NCBI RefSeq assembly: GCF_036321535.1 | Contig: NC_087436.1 | Coordinates: 28,026,001 to 28,090,000, forward strand | DNA from: Camelus dromedarius | Lineage: Eukaryota | Direction: 5' to 3' | DNA: 64,000 nt | Part shown: one piece after another, positions 39,311 through 53,354 of the stretch | How positions within the stretch are numbered: position 1 is the stretch's first letter | How the letters are laid out: the number at the start of each line of letters is the position of its first letter | Notes under the pieces: model-generated | What the model was told of the DNA's origin: nothing | Databases searched by the model: none | What the model saw: only the letters and a program-made list of their open reading frames with translations | Made by a program: the position numbers and the translations under genes

Positions 39311-40732
39311 GTTTACCAAAAATTTGCTGGCTACATAAGACAATATGAAATTTTTAACAACCTCCCTGTCTACACACCTAGTTCACACCAGTTATCTGTG
39401 GTGATAGCTCACTTTGGTATTTTGCCAGAAATCTTTATGTTACTGTGCCATAAATTACAAAGAAGGAGAAAACTCTTCCATAAATAATATAAACCTAAAT
39501 TTGCTTCTTCACTATATTCAACATCTGTATGAAAATCAAAATGTATGAGCATCTACTTTCCAACCATATAAATACTTGACATCTTGTAGGCAAAAAATTC
39601 TAGATCTTTTTACTAAACCTCTTGGATATTTTTATTAAGATATAATTTCCTGTTCAAAGAAAAAAATCTATGCTTTCTGAAGGAGGTAAGTAATGAAAAG
39701 GATAGACTTCCTCTATAAATATAGTTTTTGTCCCTAAGGATTAATGAGAAATTAATTCTACTTGAAAATACCTGCTCTTATGATGTAATCATGAAAAGAA
39801 ATATTTAAATATTTAAAAATCTAAGACTATTACATATATAACTCAGTAAAAACTACAGTACATATCTTTAGGTACAGTTATTTTTTTTTTCTTTTTCTGA
39901 GCATTAAAAAAGCCACAATAAAATTTTTTAGATATTTATTTTGTACTTTCAAATAATAAACTGCCTATAAACTTGAGGAGTAAAAATTGGATATACAGAT
40001 TTCATAACACATTTTTACTTTAAAATCTTCAGGATAGGGAGGATTTAATAGTGCATACCACTTTTTCCCACAAGTGCACTCTTGCAGTATACCAAGCTTT
40101 TAATTGTTAAGGGAGGCTAAATAAGGGATAAGCTAACAGCTTTAAATGGATATAAAATGCTATGTAGATAACAACTTTAAAAATGAATCTTTGATGTGTG
40201 TCTTCTTTTCATTTTTGCAATTAATTTTAGCTTTTGAAGTTCTTTGGCATTTAAGTCCACAGAGTATAAAATTGTGCATTAACTTAAAGATAGACCCATA
40301 TTTAGCACAAACAAGGTCAGAAGATCAACAGGATTAGAGACAAATGTTAATTTCAAATGTATAAACTCAACTTTACTGGGGCTTTTAAACCAACTAGCAC
40401 ACTTGCTCCTAATCAAAGGCTTTAATTTAATCATCAGAGACTGTAAGATGCTTTTCAATTCTACCTTTCATATGGGACAGACCAGCATTTATTGTCACAC
40501 GGTTTGAGTAAAATCCATAGATAAATCTAAAGTAGAAATCCAGAGACCCTAGGAGTTATGATGAAAATGTCTCTTTGAAGTGAATGGCATTAGGAGCCGA
40601 GACAAAGAAGCTCAAGCAAGTGCTGTGAATCTACTGTTGTTCTGCAATAAGTGGGAGAGGAAGAAGTTCTAATGTGAAAGAGCCTTCATGTTCCTACAGG
40701 GTAATACAATGTTCTGAATGTATATTCAAAGT

Positions 40733-41204
40733 TGAAACTGGTATCGTGTAACTTACATAAGGTAGAAACAAAATGATACATCAAGAACACCAAGCTTGTT
40801 TTGCTGAGTTCCAGGGAAGCAGCAGATATGGAAACAACTTGCTGACAGCCCCTTCCACACTGAGGAACTAGGATGACTGACAGTAAATTTTAGTCTGCAG
40901 GCCAAAACCCACCACATGTTACAAACTGAATTTTCATATGGAACCTCCAAAGAGGCATGAAGAGCAGGGACATCTTGCAGAGAACTCTTGAAACCTATAA
41001 ATTTCTTTCCATCAATCATATGAGCACCCTCCCCCTCTTATTCCCTACTCCCACCTTAAATCTCCCAGAGGCACAGATCTGAGCATCGCCTCCTATCTGC
41101 TTGGCCACCCTACAATAAGCCTTTTCTCTTTCTGCTGAAGACCACTGCCTTGATATTTGATCTTTCCATGTGCAGCTGGCAAGGAGCCCTCTTGTTTCCT
41201 TACT
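40733..41204 (+). mobile_element. ERV1-type solo LTR
   Basis: TATAAA near 40996 is followed by an R/U5-like GAGGCACAGATCTGAGCATCGCCTCCTATCTGCTTGGCCACCCTACAATAAGCCTTTTCTC. Boundaries are approximate. Confidence 0.6.
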
Positions 41205-42837
41205 GGTTGCACAGATTAGGGACACAATGAGGCAGAACTGGAAACCCTAGCCCTAGGTGAGTTTTCTTCTGTGATGTTTCCTGCTATATTTTCACATCAA
41301 CTCTCACAGGCTGTGAAGAAGCAAAAAGACATCTCTTCATTATCAGTTCATTTGACTAGCTTCATTATTGAAATTGATTATGAGACTCAACAAATCAAAT
41401 ATGCATTTGAAAATGCTAGAGCCAGTTTTACTTTCATCATATCAATTAGGTAGTCTTCAGATACACTATACAGATGCAAGTCAAAAACTATTTTACATGC
41501 ATCATCTTATTTAATCATCTAAACATCCATATCAAATATGTATTATATTTCTTGTTATAAGAAAGGATATGTGTTCAAATTGAGGCAGCTTCAAAGGGAC
41601 GACAACTGATGTTCTTCATTGTTGATGCACTGAGTTTCTGGAAGTGCAATCATTAATGCTCCCATGTACTCTCACTGTTTTCCTCACCTTCTGACTTCAC
41701 TGGCACCTCATCTGCTTTCCTATAACTTCAGAAACTTAAAAATGATTTCATAAAGACCTTTAATCAAATAGTGTTCAAGAGTGGGTCAATACTCTTATCA
41801 TAAAAATCCATTTCAAAATGCTCTTTGAGGAACAAAGATTATTACCACTGCCAAAAAATAAAAATGTTTTGCATGAAATATGATTATCTAATGGATTTCA
41901 ACAGTCTTATCTTGATTGACATAGAGACTTCAGAATGGCATTACAAAAGAAAACCTACAGAAACATGCTTCACTTAGCAACTACATTTTCAATTTCCTTT
42001 TCAAGTATTTACATTTATGAATCTTGTAGAAAACAATAACCCTGGTCGCATTCACTATGAGTTCTTTTATTCATTAGTTATGATCAGTGAACAATGTTTT
42101 ATGGTTTCATCAGCCACTTGCATTTCCTGAGTAAATGCAAAACAGTACAAATGAGCAAACAGATAAAGAAAATCTAAATGACAACAGACGAGATTATATA
42201 TTAAGAAAAATTATGGATAAATAACACAAGGGATGTTCAAGTCTGCTCAGTTCATTTTGCTGAATATTTTGGTAAATAGTCAATGTACAATCACTTTTCT
42301 GTACTTAATAACAGAAATATATTCAGAAAAGTAAGATTATGCTTTGACTTTTTTGCTTTTAGCTTTGTACAAAGGTTCTGTTTTGGAGAACTTTTCTTGT
42401 TTTTGATACCAAGAATGTATATCTTTTTAATTTTAAAATTTGATTGTGTTAAAATTTTCCTTACTTGGTGTTTATGAAAATTTTCCTCCCATTAATTAAA
42501 AATCTCTGTGCTCTATGATAAGCTTGTCTTCTTCTTGAGAAAATATTCTTTCTTCATGAAGAATATTTAATTATTGTTAAATTCATTCTAAAACACAAAT
42601 ACTAATATTTTTCCATTTTTTTTCAGAGAATAAATATGTATCACATTTAAGTGGAGGCCACTGGAACTAACCATATATATCCATGACAAAACTGTAATCT
42701 CTACAGTTGCATTTATACAACTAAAGCTTTAATTGAAAATATCATTGTCTCTAAAATATGAGTAATAAGGTCTATAAAACACAAATATGAGAAGTTCAAT
42801 AAAAGTAACTTTTAGGAATGTACCACTTTAAATACAA

Positions 42838-43978
42838 AATGAAATAAACAAATGGGACCTAATTAAACTTACAAGCTTTTGCACAGCAAAGGAAACCAAA
42901 CCAAAAAGACAACCTATGGAATAGGAGAAAATATTTGCAAATGATGTGACTGACAAAGGATTAATTTCCAGAATGTATAAACAGTTTATACAACTTGATA
43001 AGAAAAAAACAAACAACCCAATCCAAAGATGGGCAAAAGCCCTAAGCAAGCAATTCTCTGAAGACATACAAATGGCCAATAGGCACATGAAAAATGCTCA
43101 ATATCACTAATTATCAAAGAAATGCAAATCAAAACTACAATGAGGTATCACTTCACACCAGTCAGAATGGCCATCATTCAAAAGTCTACAAATGATAAAT
43201 GATGGAGAGGGTGTGGATAAAAAGAAACCCTCTTACACTGCTGGCGGGAATGTAGTTTGGTGCAGCCATTATGGAAAATAGTATAAAGATTCCCCAAAAA
43301 ACTAAAAATAGACTTATCATATGATCCAGCAATCCCACTCTGGGCATATATCCAGAAGGAACTCTAATTCAAAAAGATACATGGACCTCAATGTTCACAG
43401 CAGCAACGTATACAATAGCCAAGACCTGGAAGCACCCTAAATGTCCATCAACAGATAACTGAATAAAGAAGTTATGTATTTAAACAAGTGGTATATTTAT
43501 AAAATGGGATACAACTCAGCCATAAAAAAAAATAAAATAATGCAATTTGCAGCAACATGGATAGACCTAGAAATCATCATTCTAAGTGAAGCCATAAAGA
43601 GAAAGAAAAATACCATATGATATCACTCATATATGGAATCTAAAAAAAAGAAAAAAGAGGACACTTTTTTGAATTCATCTACAAAACAGAAACAGACTCA
43701 CAGACATAGTAAACAATCTTATGGTTACTGAGGGGAAGGAATAAATTTGGGAGTTTGATACTTCCAAATGTTAGCCACTATATATAAAAATAGATTAAAA
43801 AATTTCTTCTATATAGCACAGGGAACTATATTCAATATTCTGTAATAATCTTTAGTGAAAAATATATGAAAATTTATATATATATATATGTAGATGCAGG
43901 ACTGGGACATCGTGCTATACACCAGAAATGGATACATTATAACTGACTGTACTTCAATTAAAAAAATAAAATAAAATA
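42838..43978 (+). mobile_element. L1, 5'-truncated (3' ORF2, 3' UTR, A tail), camelid-type 3' end
   Basis: AAATAAACAAATGGGACCTAATTAAACTTACAAGCTTTTGCACAGC is ORF2. The 3' end GACTGGGACATCGTGCTATACACCAGAAATGGATACATTATAACTGACTGTACTTCAATT is followed by an A-rich tail. Confidence 0.95.
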
Positions 43979-44349
43979 ACAGAAATAATCTTCCAGTATC
44001 ATTTTATGCATTGTATGATAAATATATTTTCCAAAGTATATGAAAAAATATCATGTGTAATATTTCCATTTTATGTTTTCCTAAGGTCAAATTATAAAAT
44101 ACCTAAAATATGCTCATTTCACTAAAATATCATCTTAGTACTACTTCCACTTACAGATACTTTTCTACAATATACTCTATTTGCTTTGTTAACATATATC
44201 AGAAATCCCTACTTAAGTTCATTCCTCACATAGTAGAGGATAAATACACTATTAAAATAAAATGATGTTTAGTATCTATCACTGCAGTATACAATTGCAC
44301 TAAAGTAAGCTGAACAGTTTTATTTCAATTTTTATATTTATAAATCAGT

Positions 44350-44840
44350 GCAATTTGGCCAAAGGCCACCAGAACACATCTATGTTCAAAAATAACGTAA
44401 GGTTCATTGAACTTGCAGTAGTTGGGGAGGATGTACATGAAAGGAAAAATAGAGCATCTTGGTAAGAGGTAGTTTAGAAGTGATTATGATAGAATTTGAG
44501 GTTGTGGTGAACAATTCTATGGAGAGTTTAAGGAAGTAGTATCCAGTTTTAGAGTGGATACTACCAGAAAACAAGAATAATCTGGTAACTGAGACTCATG
44601 ATATTTTTGGATGGGAGAGGACCAAAGCTGAGGACGGGTTTGTCATTGGTAAAGAAGCAATTATAGGTCATGTTGGAAGAAGATTATTGTTATTGTTAAG
44701 GAGTGTTCTTGTCTCTGTTTTATTTCACCACAATCATACAGTGACTTGCCTGATCATTTTTTATATTCTCTGAAGACTGTTTATGTCCAATTGGAAATAT
44801 CAAAGCCTTAGTTGTCAGTTTTTAAGGCCATCTCTTCATT
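44350..44840 (-). mobile_element. Old ERVL-type LTR (family uncertain)
   Basis: GGCCACCAGAACACATCTATG...TTCATTGAACTTGCAG...CATCTTGGTAAGAGG...GTCATTGGTAAAGAAGC resembles old eutherian ERVL LTRs in antisense. Confidence 0.5.
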
Positions 44841-45169
44841 TACTTAGGGTAGAATTACTAAGCACAAGAAAAATATTCCAAATCTTTTCTGAGATTTCTT
44901 ATTACAGACATGTTCTAAATTATTCTAAACAGCAACAGAAAACAGTAAAATTAATGAAATGTTTTTGGTTTCTGGAAGTACAAACAGTCCTCACTCTGCG
45001 TGGTAATACAAGATTATCAAAATATCCATGCAAGCTGACACTGTACAAAGTGATCTTAATTATAAATGGGGAAAATAAAATTGTTCTGTGATTTAAAAAA
45101 AATTTGTCAAAATGTTAAAAACTACTTTATTGTTGGTTATAAATGTATAATGAAATAAAACAAATCATA

Positions 45170-45793
45170 AAACTAGTATTTATTTAGTACACTGTAATTT
45201 AAACCACCAGAAACATTGCAAATTTAAGTGTTTTATTTCTTTGCAAAAAGTTATCAAGAGTAGTTTGAACACTGCTTTTGTCTTTTTCTTCTCATTGTAT
45301 AACTTATAGAGTAGGAATCTTTTCTATGCCTTGGTAGATTGAATACTTCTAAGACTGTATCAATTCCCAGCATTTTATACCTCGTGCTTGCAATATTGGG
45401 AAGTTTCTTTGCTGCATTTTTATCTTTAGTGATCAATTCCCCCTTTTGATTTTCCATATCCATAATCTGTGTGTTCATCACTGGGAGACAAAACTGGAAC
45501 ATAATTACATACTTTACTATCTGTGTATGAACCAACAGCTACGCAGTGATCAATCACCAACAGACTTTGGAAGAAGTGTTCGTCTCTGATCATGATGTAC
45601 ATCTACTAAGTTACATAGTGATTTGTAGACTGAAGTGTTTGTAGCCAAGTTGTAACTTCATGCAATTACTCTTAGTTAATATAGCTTGATAACTATAATT
45701 TGAACTATGTAGTTGAGGGGCTGGTATCCTTGAACTAAACTATGGTAACTGAAATGCATTCATAGCAGAACCATGCAAAAAGAGGACTATCTG
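45170..45793 (-). mobile_element. Tigger13a-like DNA transposon
   Basis: The minus strand starts CAGATAGTCCTCTTTTTGCATGGTTCTGCTATGAATGCATTTCAGTTACCATAGTTTAGTT, followed by a TA flank. It contains the relic transposase start (ORF 45254-45535: MENQKGELITKDKNAAKK). Confidence 0.8.
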
Positions 45794-46029
45794 TATTTAG
45801 ATATTTCTAATGACCTAGCATTTAGTACATTTTCAATTATTTTATAAAATTTCATCAGTGCTGGATAATTTTTATATTATCATAACTATGATTATTTTAT
45901 TGAGGTGGAGAGAAAGCTCATTAAAAGTCTAATATTTTCTTGTGCATTATGCATGAAAGAATGCATTTACTATAGATTATAAAAAACCAAGTAAAATAAA
46001 TATTAAAAACTATATTATCCCACATAATA

Positions 46030-46940
46030 AGAAGTTAGAGTGGTTCTAGGGTTGATTAGTAGAATGGCTTGATGTCATTATAAATGAATCCAAGTTTCTT
46101 CTGTTTTTTCCACTCTACCATTATACCTGCCAGCTTTGTCCTTAGGTTAGTAAGTACCCTTTGTATGAGTTTCCTTGGGCTACTGTAACAAATTGTCAAA
46201 AACTGGGTGGTTGAAAACTCCAGAAATGTATTATTTCACAGTCCTGATGGTAGAATTCCCAAACCAAGGTGTCAGCAAAGCCATTCTCCTTCTGAGACTC
46301 TGAGTAGAAATCTTTCTTCTTAGCTGGTGGTGGCTGTCAATCCTTGTCATTCCGTGGCTTGCAGCTACAACACCCCAATCTCTGCCTCTCTCACCTCGCG
46401 GTGTTCTCCCTGTGTGTCACTGTCTCTTTTCTTCCTTTAAAGACACTTTAATTAAGGCCCATCCAATTCAGTATGACCTCATCTAAGCTTGGTTATCTCT
46501 GCAAAGACCCTATGTCTAAATAAGATCACATTCAGGGGCACTGGGGGTTAGATCATCAACATATCTTTTTGGAGGACACAGTTCAACCCATCATACCACT
46601 CGTGATCACAAAGCACTTGCGTGCAGTTCTGTTTATCCCATCCAGACACAAGAGCTAGACGAGACCAAAATTTCCTGTGTATCTGTTGAACCAAAGGCAC
46701 ATTTCCCACCAGAGGAATTTTTCCTTGTATCATTAGCTAGCTTGCTTTGTATACTTTTGTCCATAGTTATCACTAATAAGGGGAATGAACTTCAATGGTT
46801 GGGTTTTGTCCCGTCTCTTTTAAAACTCATAGGAATGCATGCTGAGGAGCCTGAATACCAGAGCATGGTCAGGACTCCACTGGGAAAAAGCAAAAAGATG
46901 GGAATGGAGATCAGCTAGACAGCCAACATTTGCCTGCTCT
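46030..46940 (-). mobile_element. Old MaLR LTR (MLT1J/K/L-like), split by a younger MLT1
   Basis: CCAAGTTTCTTCTGTTTTTTCCACTCTACCAT...CCTTAGGTTAG lies left of the insert, and GATCACAAAG...CATCCAGACAC...TCACTAATAAGGGGAATG...GACAGCCAACATTTGCCTGC lies right of it. Confidence 0.55.
46162..46595 (-). mobile_element. MLT1C-like MaLR solo LTR
   Basis: TGTATGAGTTTCCTTGGGCTACTGTAACAAATTG...CAAGGTGTCAGCAAAGCC...GCAAAGACCCTATGTCTAAATAAGATCACATTC...GGACACAGTTCAACCCATCATA. Confidence 0.88.
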
Positions 46941-47451
46941 GCTTACTTTCCATCACGTTGTATTCTCTTAACTTTAGCAGATTTTCAGAAGTGTAGTCCA
47001 GTCTGAAAAAGATGAATTTTGGCATTCAAATCTGCATCTTTTATTTACCAATTGTGGGACCTAAGCTCTTTGAACTCATTTTTGAAACAGCTGTTAATTA
47101 CTTTCTATAACTCTCATGAGAATAAAAAAGCTGAAGGAGTAAAAAGTTTCTGGAACATTAAACTTATTTAATAAATTAAAATTAATAACTATGCTTCCAC
47201 TATACTAGATATAAATACCTGGGGGTCACCTTCAGATTCTTCCTTTTTTAACATGATGTCAACGTATTCAGTGTTTTCCGTTTAGAGAACACTTTAACAA
47301 GAGTCATTTTTAAAATATATCCAATTTTATTGAATGCAAACATTGATCATCCTACCTATAATATTTATATCATCTTAATAATCTTCCTCACTCCTGTGAC
47401 AATAAGATTAATCAGACTTCTTCAAATTCAGTTTCCACTAACCTCACAGAA

Positions 47452-48365
47452 TTAACAGGAAATATATATGTTGGTCTCTGCTCCTAGTTCCTGGCACAGA
47501 GATCCTAAAATCCTTGTAATTTCACTACATGATAAGAATACCAGAAGCATCTCTTGTTCTAATATTTCACCCTGGACACAGAGCTCCCAAAGCCCTTGTA
47601 AATTCCTAGGAGCATTTTTTGTTCTAATGAGACAATTCTAGGTAGGTTTCTAGATGAGGACTGGTCACCAGAAAGGCCAAGTCATAATTAGATGTTTGTA
47701 ATATTCAGCCCCAACTCTCATTCTCTAGAGAGGGGAGAGGGGCTGGAAATGAAGTTAATAGTTGATAATGCCTACATGAAGAAGCTTCTATAAAATGCAA
47801 AGAGCAGAAGGCTTGGAGAACTTCTAGGATGGCAAACACATCCACACCACGAGCATGATGCATCCCAACTCCACAGGGACAGAAACTCCTGTGCTCAGGA
47901 CCCTTCAGACCTCGCCCTATGAATCTTTATCTAGAAGTTCATCTGTATTCTTTATCATATTCTTTAATAAACTGGTAAATGTGTTTCCCAGAGTTCTGTG
48001 AGCTTCTCTAGCAAATAATTGAATCCAAGAGGGAAGGGTTATGGGAACCTCTGATTTTTAGCCAACACAGACAGAATTTGTAACTTGAGGACCTACTACA
48101 TGGGATTGGCATCTGAAGTGGGAAGCAGTCTCGTGGACAAAGCCCTTAACCCATACAATCTGATGCTAATTTCAGGTAGATAGTGTCAGAATCGAGTTAA
48201 ATTATAGGTCACCAGCTGGTGTCGCAGAGGATTGCCTGGTATGGGGAAAAAAACCCACGTATTTGGTGACCAGAGTGTCAGAAGTGAAGTGGCCTGTGTG
48301 AGCAGAAAAGGAGACACACAGGAAAGAAAGACCTAGTAGCAAAAGCTAGGTTTTTCCTCATACAG
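47452..48365 (+). mobile_element. MER21A/B-like ERVL LTR
   Basis: GGTCTCTGCTCCTAGTTCCTGGCACAGAG, CTCCACAGGGACAGAAACTCCTGTGCTCAGGACCCTTCAGACCTCGCCCTATG, AATAAACTGGTAAATG, GATAGTGTCAGAATCGAGTTAAATT. Confidence 0.85.
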
Positions 48366-51300
48366 AAGGTTGAAAAACAAAGTTTCCCCAACACGTATAT
48401 TGTCAGTTTATGAAATACTATCCTCTAATCGCCACCCAAGCTAGTTCTCAATAGGGTTACAGGCAGATTCAAGTGACTTTTCTGCTAAAAACATACTTCT
48501 CAGCATTTTCTTCAAGGCCTATTCCAAGTATTTCCTTCCTGCAGCTTTCACAGATTATTTCAGTCAACACTGATCCCTCCTAGGAGAACGTAAGACCTAC
48601 TTTCTTGATTATACCGTTTGGTTCTTGATTGTATTTGAAGCTTCTGCTTATATTATATAGAGTGGTCTGTGATAAATGCCAAACTACGCATGAGGTATCA
48701 TATGCCAATATGATCAGATACACCTCTCCTTTGAAAGAGGGAATAAGGACTCTTTGGTGGAAACAGGGCCTTGGAAGACAATTGGGTTTCAACAGCTAGA
48801 AAGGCTGCATAGAGAAAACTATTGAAAAAAGAATGCAGCTTAGGACACCCAAATGCTGTATCACCAGGTGCTCAATACACTTTGGTTAGGACCCTTTTAG
48901 AAGAGGAAATTCTATAAATCTGTTGTCAACATAAAGCATTTGTTTTGAATTTCTAGTTTCTTGTTAAGTTGTCTAGTGTCATTTGTCTCATCATTTCCCA
49001 CCCTGTCTTGAACTATTTTTTCAGCATTCTAAGTTTCTTTTAAGTGATTAGAGATGTTGCATTTTTTTTCAAGGCACATACTTCCTTTTAACACGCACTT
49101 CAATAAAGACTGACTAAAGAGCTTGAAAGAGTTACTGTTGTTTGGAAAGTGTTCCAAAGACTTTTAGTGTATTTATATCCTCCGAGAATTAACATAATTT
49201 AGCCTCAAACTTTCAGTAAAAGCAGCTAAAAATAAAATAGGAAACTACAAAGTCTTAATAGTATGAGTTCCAGAATGTATTCTTAGTTTGATTTACTATT
49301 AAACCCCATTCTTTCTACTGTTATAAATACTGTGTATATTATTCACTACATGCAATGATACAAGAAGAAACTCTGTATTCATGAATTTCAAATCATGACT
49401 CATTGCAAACCCACAGAATTACAAAGAAAAAAGCCATAAGCCCAAGTCTTTCTAACTGGTCCACGAATAGCACTGTCTTCTTTAATGGCCACTCCACATA
49501 AGGTATGGAAATTTAATTATTCCCCAGAGTTCTCTATAGTTCAGGCATCCAGATGATATACTATAAAATGGGCCATATTGGCTCTTTGCTGCTCATTTTT
49601 CTTCATTGTGATAGAGTTGGTAAGAGTGCTCTTAGACATATTATTTTTCAAATCCAGATATTGTACGGAAAATTTTAATACTAAAATGTATAATATTTTC
49701 TATCAGAATTTTGAAAGATTTAAAGAGCCAGCTCATCCTCATAAAAATAAAAATAGGCAAATGCAAAAAATGCTTTAGATAGGTAATGATTTATTCTACT
49801 TTTAGCTTTATCCAAAGAATTTAATTAGGATGCAAAGAATGTTGTGAAAATTAAATCAATTTTATAGGCCACATAATTATTAGCATGCTATAATAGAGAA
49901 CATTTCGGCACTTACTCAATTGAATCTGTTCATTGTCAGTTCTCACCAATACCACAGTGAAAGAAACTAAATCATACAAGAAGACTCTGGTCATGGCACA
50001 GAAAATATTTGCTTCCCACTAACACCCATTCACAGGAGGATTGGGAGAGTTCTAAGAAATAAAGATCTTTTTATTAGGTAGCATTTGCTTTTAGCATTAA
50101 GTAGTGAATTCCTGACAGTGGCTGATGCCTTGGCCACCATGCTTCAGTAACAGAGCAATATCCCTGGGCAGGAAAAAAAAAAAAAAAAACCACTAAACAA
50201 ACACTGCTGAAGCAAACTCCCCCTGTGGAAACCATGCCCAAAACTGTAATTGTCATGTGGAACTATTCTTGTTCAGATATCTGGGTATAACAATACTTAA
50301 AGGGGGCTTCCACTTGAATACTCTTTTTTTCAACCTACAGAATATCTATTTGAAGTTGAATTAAATCATATTGAAGGACACATTTTATGCAAACTAGTCA
50401 ACTTTACAAATACTGCACTCAGAAAACTAACAATGATATTCAGTGTAATTCTGATGTTAATGCCCAAATTTCAATCACCAAGGACCTGAAAAAACTTCAT
50501 GAAGTAAAACTTAGATGAACTGCTGCTTTTCTGGTTTTTTTAAATGTCTCCTTTCCTTCAGTCCCTTTGTTCTCAATTATATTCTGTTTTTCCTTTAAAA
50601 TAATCAAAAGAAACAAACACAATAACAAAACGTCTACTAAATAAAAATATTTTTTGCAAAATAATTTATGCTTATTTTATAGATCTGGAAAATTCATAAA
50701 AGCATAAATAAAAAGTAAAAAAGATCAAGAAATTATACACACACACACACACACAGTCTGAGCCATTTCTGTAATCTTCATTAGTCCACTAATTTCCTTC
50801 ATTGCATGTGCAGAGATATTTTTGTCTTTCTGCCATTCTGTTACTCTAGCTACTGCTGTTTTTTAATAGATAATAAGCAAATCTGGGCAATCAATCCTAG
50901 GACATAAGGCAATCATCTGTCCTCCAGGTACACTAAAAAACACCCACTGCAATTGCTTTTAGCCTCAATATTCTTAGTCTCTGTGCTAATTCCTTTATAC
51001 TGGTTCCCTTCTCTGTGAAAGTGGCACTGTTTAATGAGTTCATGTTCAACTTCACCTTTTGGCAGGAAAACAATAAATTGAGGCTGAGTATAGTATGAAA
51101 AAACTCCTAGCCACACAGAAGTCATTGATTTTGTGTTACTTCATATGTCACATAACACATTATCAAACATCCCTTCTGGCTGTAGCAGCCCGTAACTCTG
51201 CCATTCAACAAGTTCATATCTGCTGTGTGAAAAATTCATGAACTCTTTGCAGTGTATCTGCATATCTATGATTCTGCCACTGTTATTCCCAAAAGTATAG

Positions 51301-52776
51301 TGTTGCATCAATGCAGAATATGGCCTGAAACCTCTGTGAGCGCTTGACATTTGAGCGTGAGAAAAAAAAATGTGTGTTTTCTTTCATATTTGCAATATTT
51401 GAAAATCACCAGTGTTAAAAATTTGAGTTGTGGAAGAGAGTATATTTCTCTTACATTTAATTAACCTAAGTTGCAATTTGAATGATTGTTTCTTTTCCTG
51501 GTAATATAAATGCTACCACATCCTTTTTATTATTAATTTTGGAGTATAACTGAAGTCTTCAATTTGGAAAACAGTGCATGAGCCATAGGGTTCTGGAAAC
51601 TAGTTGGTCATTAGAGAGAAGACTGTGAATTAAATGAATTATAGAGAGAGGCATGCATACTCTGTGGAAGTCTATTTTGTGTGTTGACTCCAGTGTACTT
51701 CAAGCAAATAAAGGAATCTGCACACTTTAAGTCATAATGGAGAAATTAAATCCAAGATATTTAACTGAATAAATAAGATCTCATCCATTCCAACATCTAA
51801 TGTAACTTACAGAATGAAATAGAGAAAAAGAAATAACAAATTCAAAGTAGCCATTGAAAGCAAGAGAGATGAAACCAGCATATCAGAATGATAAAATCTT
51901 TCTGGAAGTTATGAAGCAGAGAGAATGAAGATAAAGCCCAAGAAAAGTGAGGAACATAAAATTCCATACTGAGGAAAGGAAAGAATACAAAGATCAGAGC
52001 CAGTGTGGGGTGGGAGGAAACCAGCCATGGGAGACCAACCAGGCAACTAATAAAATAATGATGATGTCAAGTGAATCTACTTATTAGAAGAAATGGAATG
52101 ATGTCTTCATTTTGAAAGAATTTTTTAAAATTTGAAATTCTTACCCAGTTGTATTATTTAATTACAGAAACAAAATAGGGCATTTTTAGACATAAGAGTT
52201 TACCATTAAGAAACCCTGATAGAATTATATATTACTATTCTTAAGCAATATGAGAAATAACTCCAAATACCAGGAACATAACATGGTTGAGTAAAGAGAC
52301 ACACAAAATTTATAGCTAAGTGAATTAACTCTGAGAAGTCTTAAAGTAAACATAATATTTTAAAATTGGAATTAATATTTTAGATAATTGCAATAATATG
52401 TAAGAGTTAGTTTTGAGAAGTTTGAGGTGAAAACATGGAAAATAAATTGTATTTTGAGTAAAAAAATGGAAGCTCTAGGCACTTAACTGTAAAGGAAATC
52501 ACTAGATAAAGAAAAATATTATGTAGATCTTGCTAATAGAGTTACAAACACACATATACACAAATTTATGCATACATATATATTCGTATTGCAGTTAAAA
52601 TAGGAACAATTTAAACAAAAAATTTCAGAAAACATGCATTATATATGTGAACTCTATTTCTCTTCAATATCTCATACACATATAATATGAAGAAGAGATA
52701 ATGAGGATAAAACACAAAGGAATTGGGAAACCTAACAATAAAGGTAAAAGATCAAGCTAGTGTTGAGTGGGATTTT

Positions 52777-53059
52777 TCCTTCCTTCCTTCCTCCCTTCCT
52801 TCCTTTCTCTTTCTCTCTTTTTCTCTCTTTCTCTCTTTCTTTCTCTCGCTCCCTCCTCCCTTTCTTTCTTTCTCTCCCTCCTCCCTTTCTTTCTTTCCCT
52901 TCCTTCCTTTCCTTTCCTTCCCTCCCCTCCCCACTTTTTTTCCTTCCTTCATTCCTTCCATCCTTCCTCCCTCCCTCTCTCTCTTTCTTTCTTTCGTCCT
53001 TCCTTCCTTCCGTTCTTTCTTTTCTTCCTTCCTTTCTTTTTCTTTCTTTCTTTCTTTCA
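52777..53059. repeat. Polypyrimidine/polypurine compound microsatellite (CCTT, CTTT, CT)
   Basis: About 280 bp almost entirely C/T on the plus strand. It is the source of five spurious overlapping ORFs. Confidence 0.95.
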
Positions 53060-53354
53060 TCTACACATATCCACAACTGTATACACTAAAATTTAACCAC
53101 AGTTACTTATGTAGGAGAGAGAAATGTGACAACTTTGTATACGCATCCAATTGTTTGAGTTTTGTTTCTACCCATTGCCATTAATTCACATATTACTTTT
53201 ATAATAAAAATTATTATATATTTGGTATAAATTTTACCTATAAATTAATCTTTTGCTCTGCATTGCTAGCAATTTTTGTGTCTTCTCTTGCTTGTATAAT
53301 TTCAAAATCAATACATTTTATAGGTTTAGATTGTCTTAAAACTCTAACACTATA

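Noticed and set aside
52723..53184. Five overlapping ORFs of 100-150 aa
   Set aside because: A low-complexity CT/GA tract lacks stop codons. Artefact.
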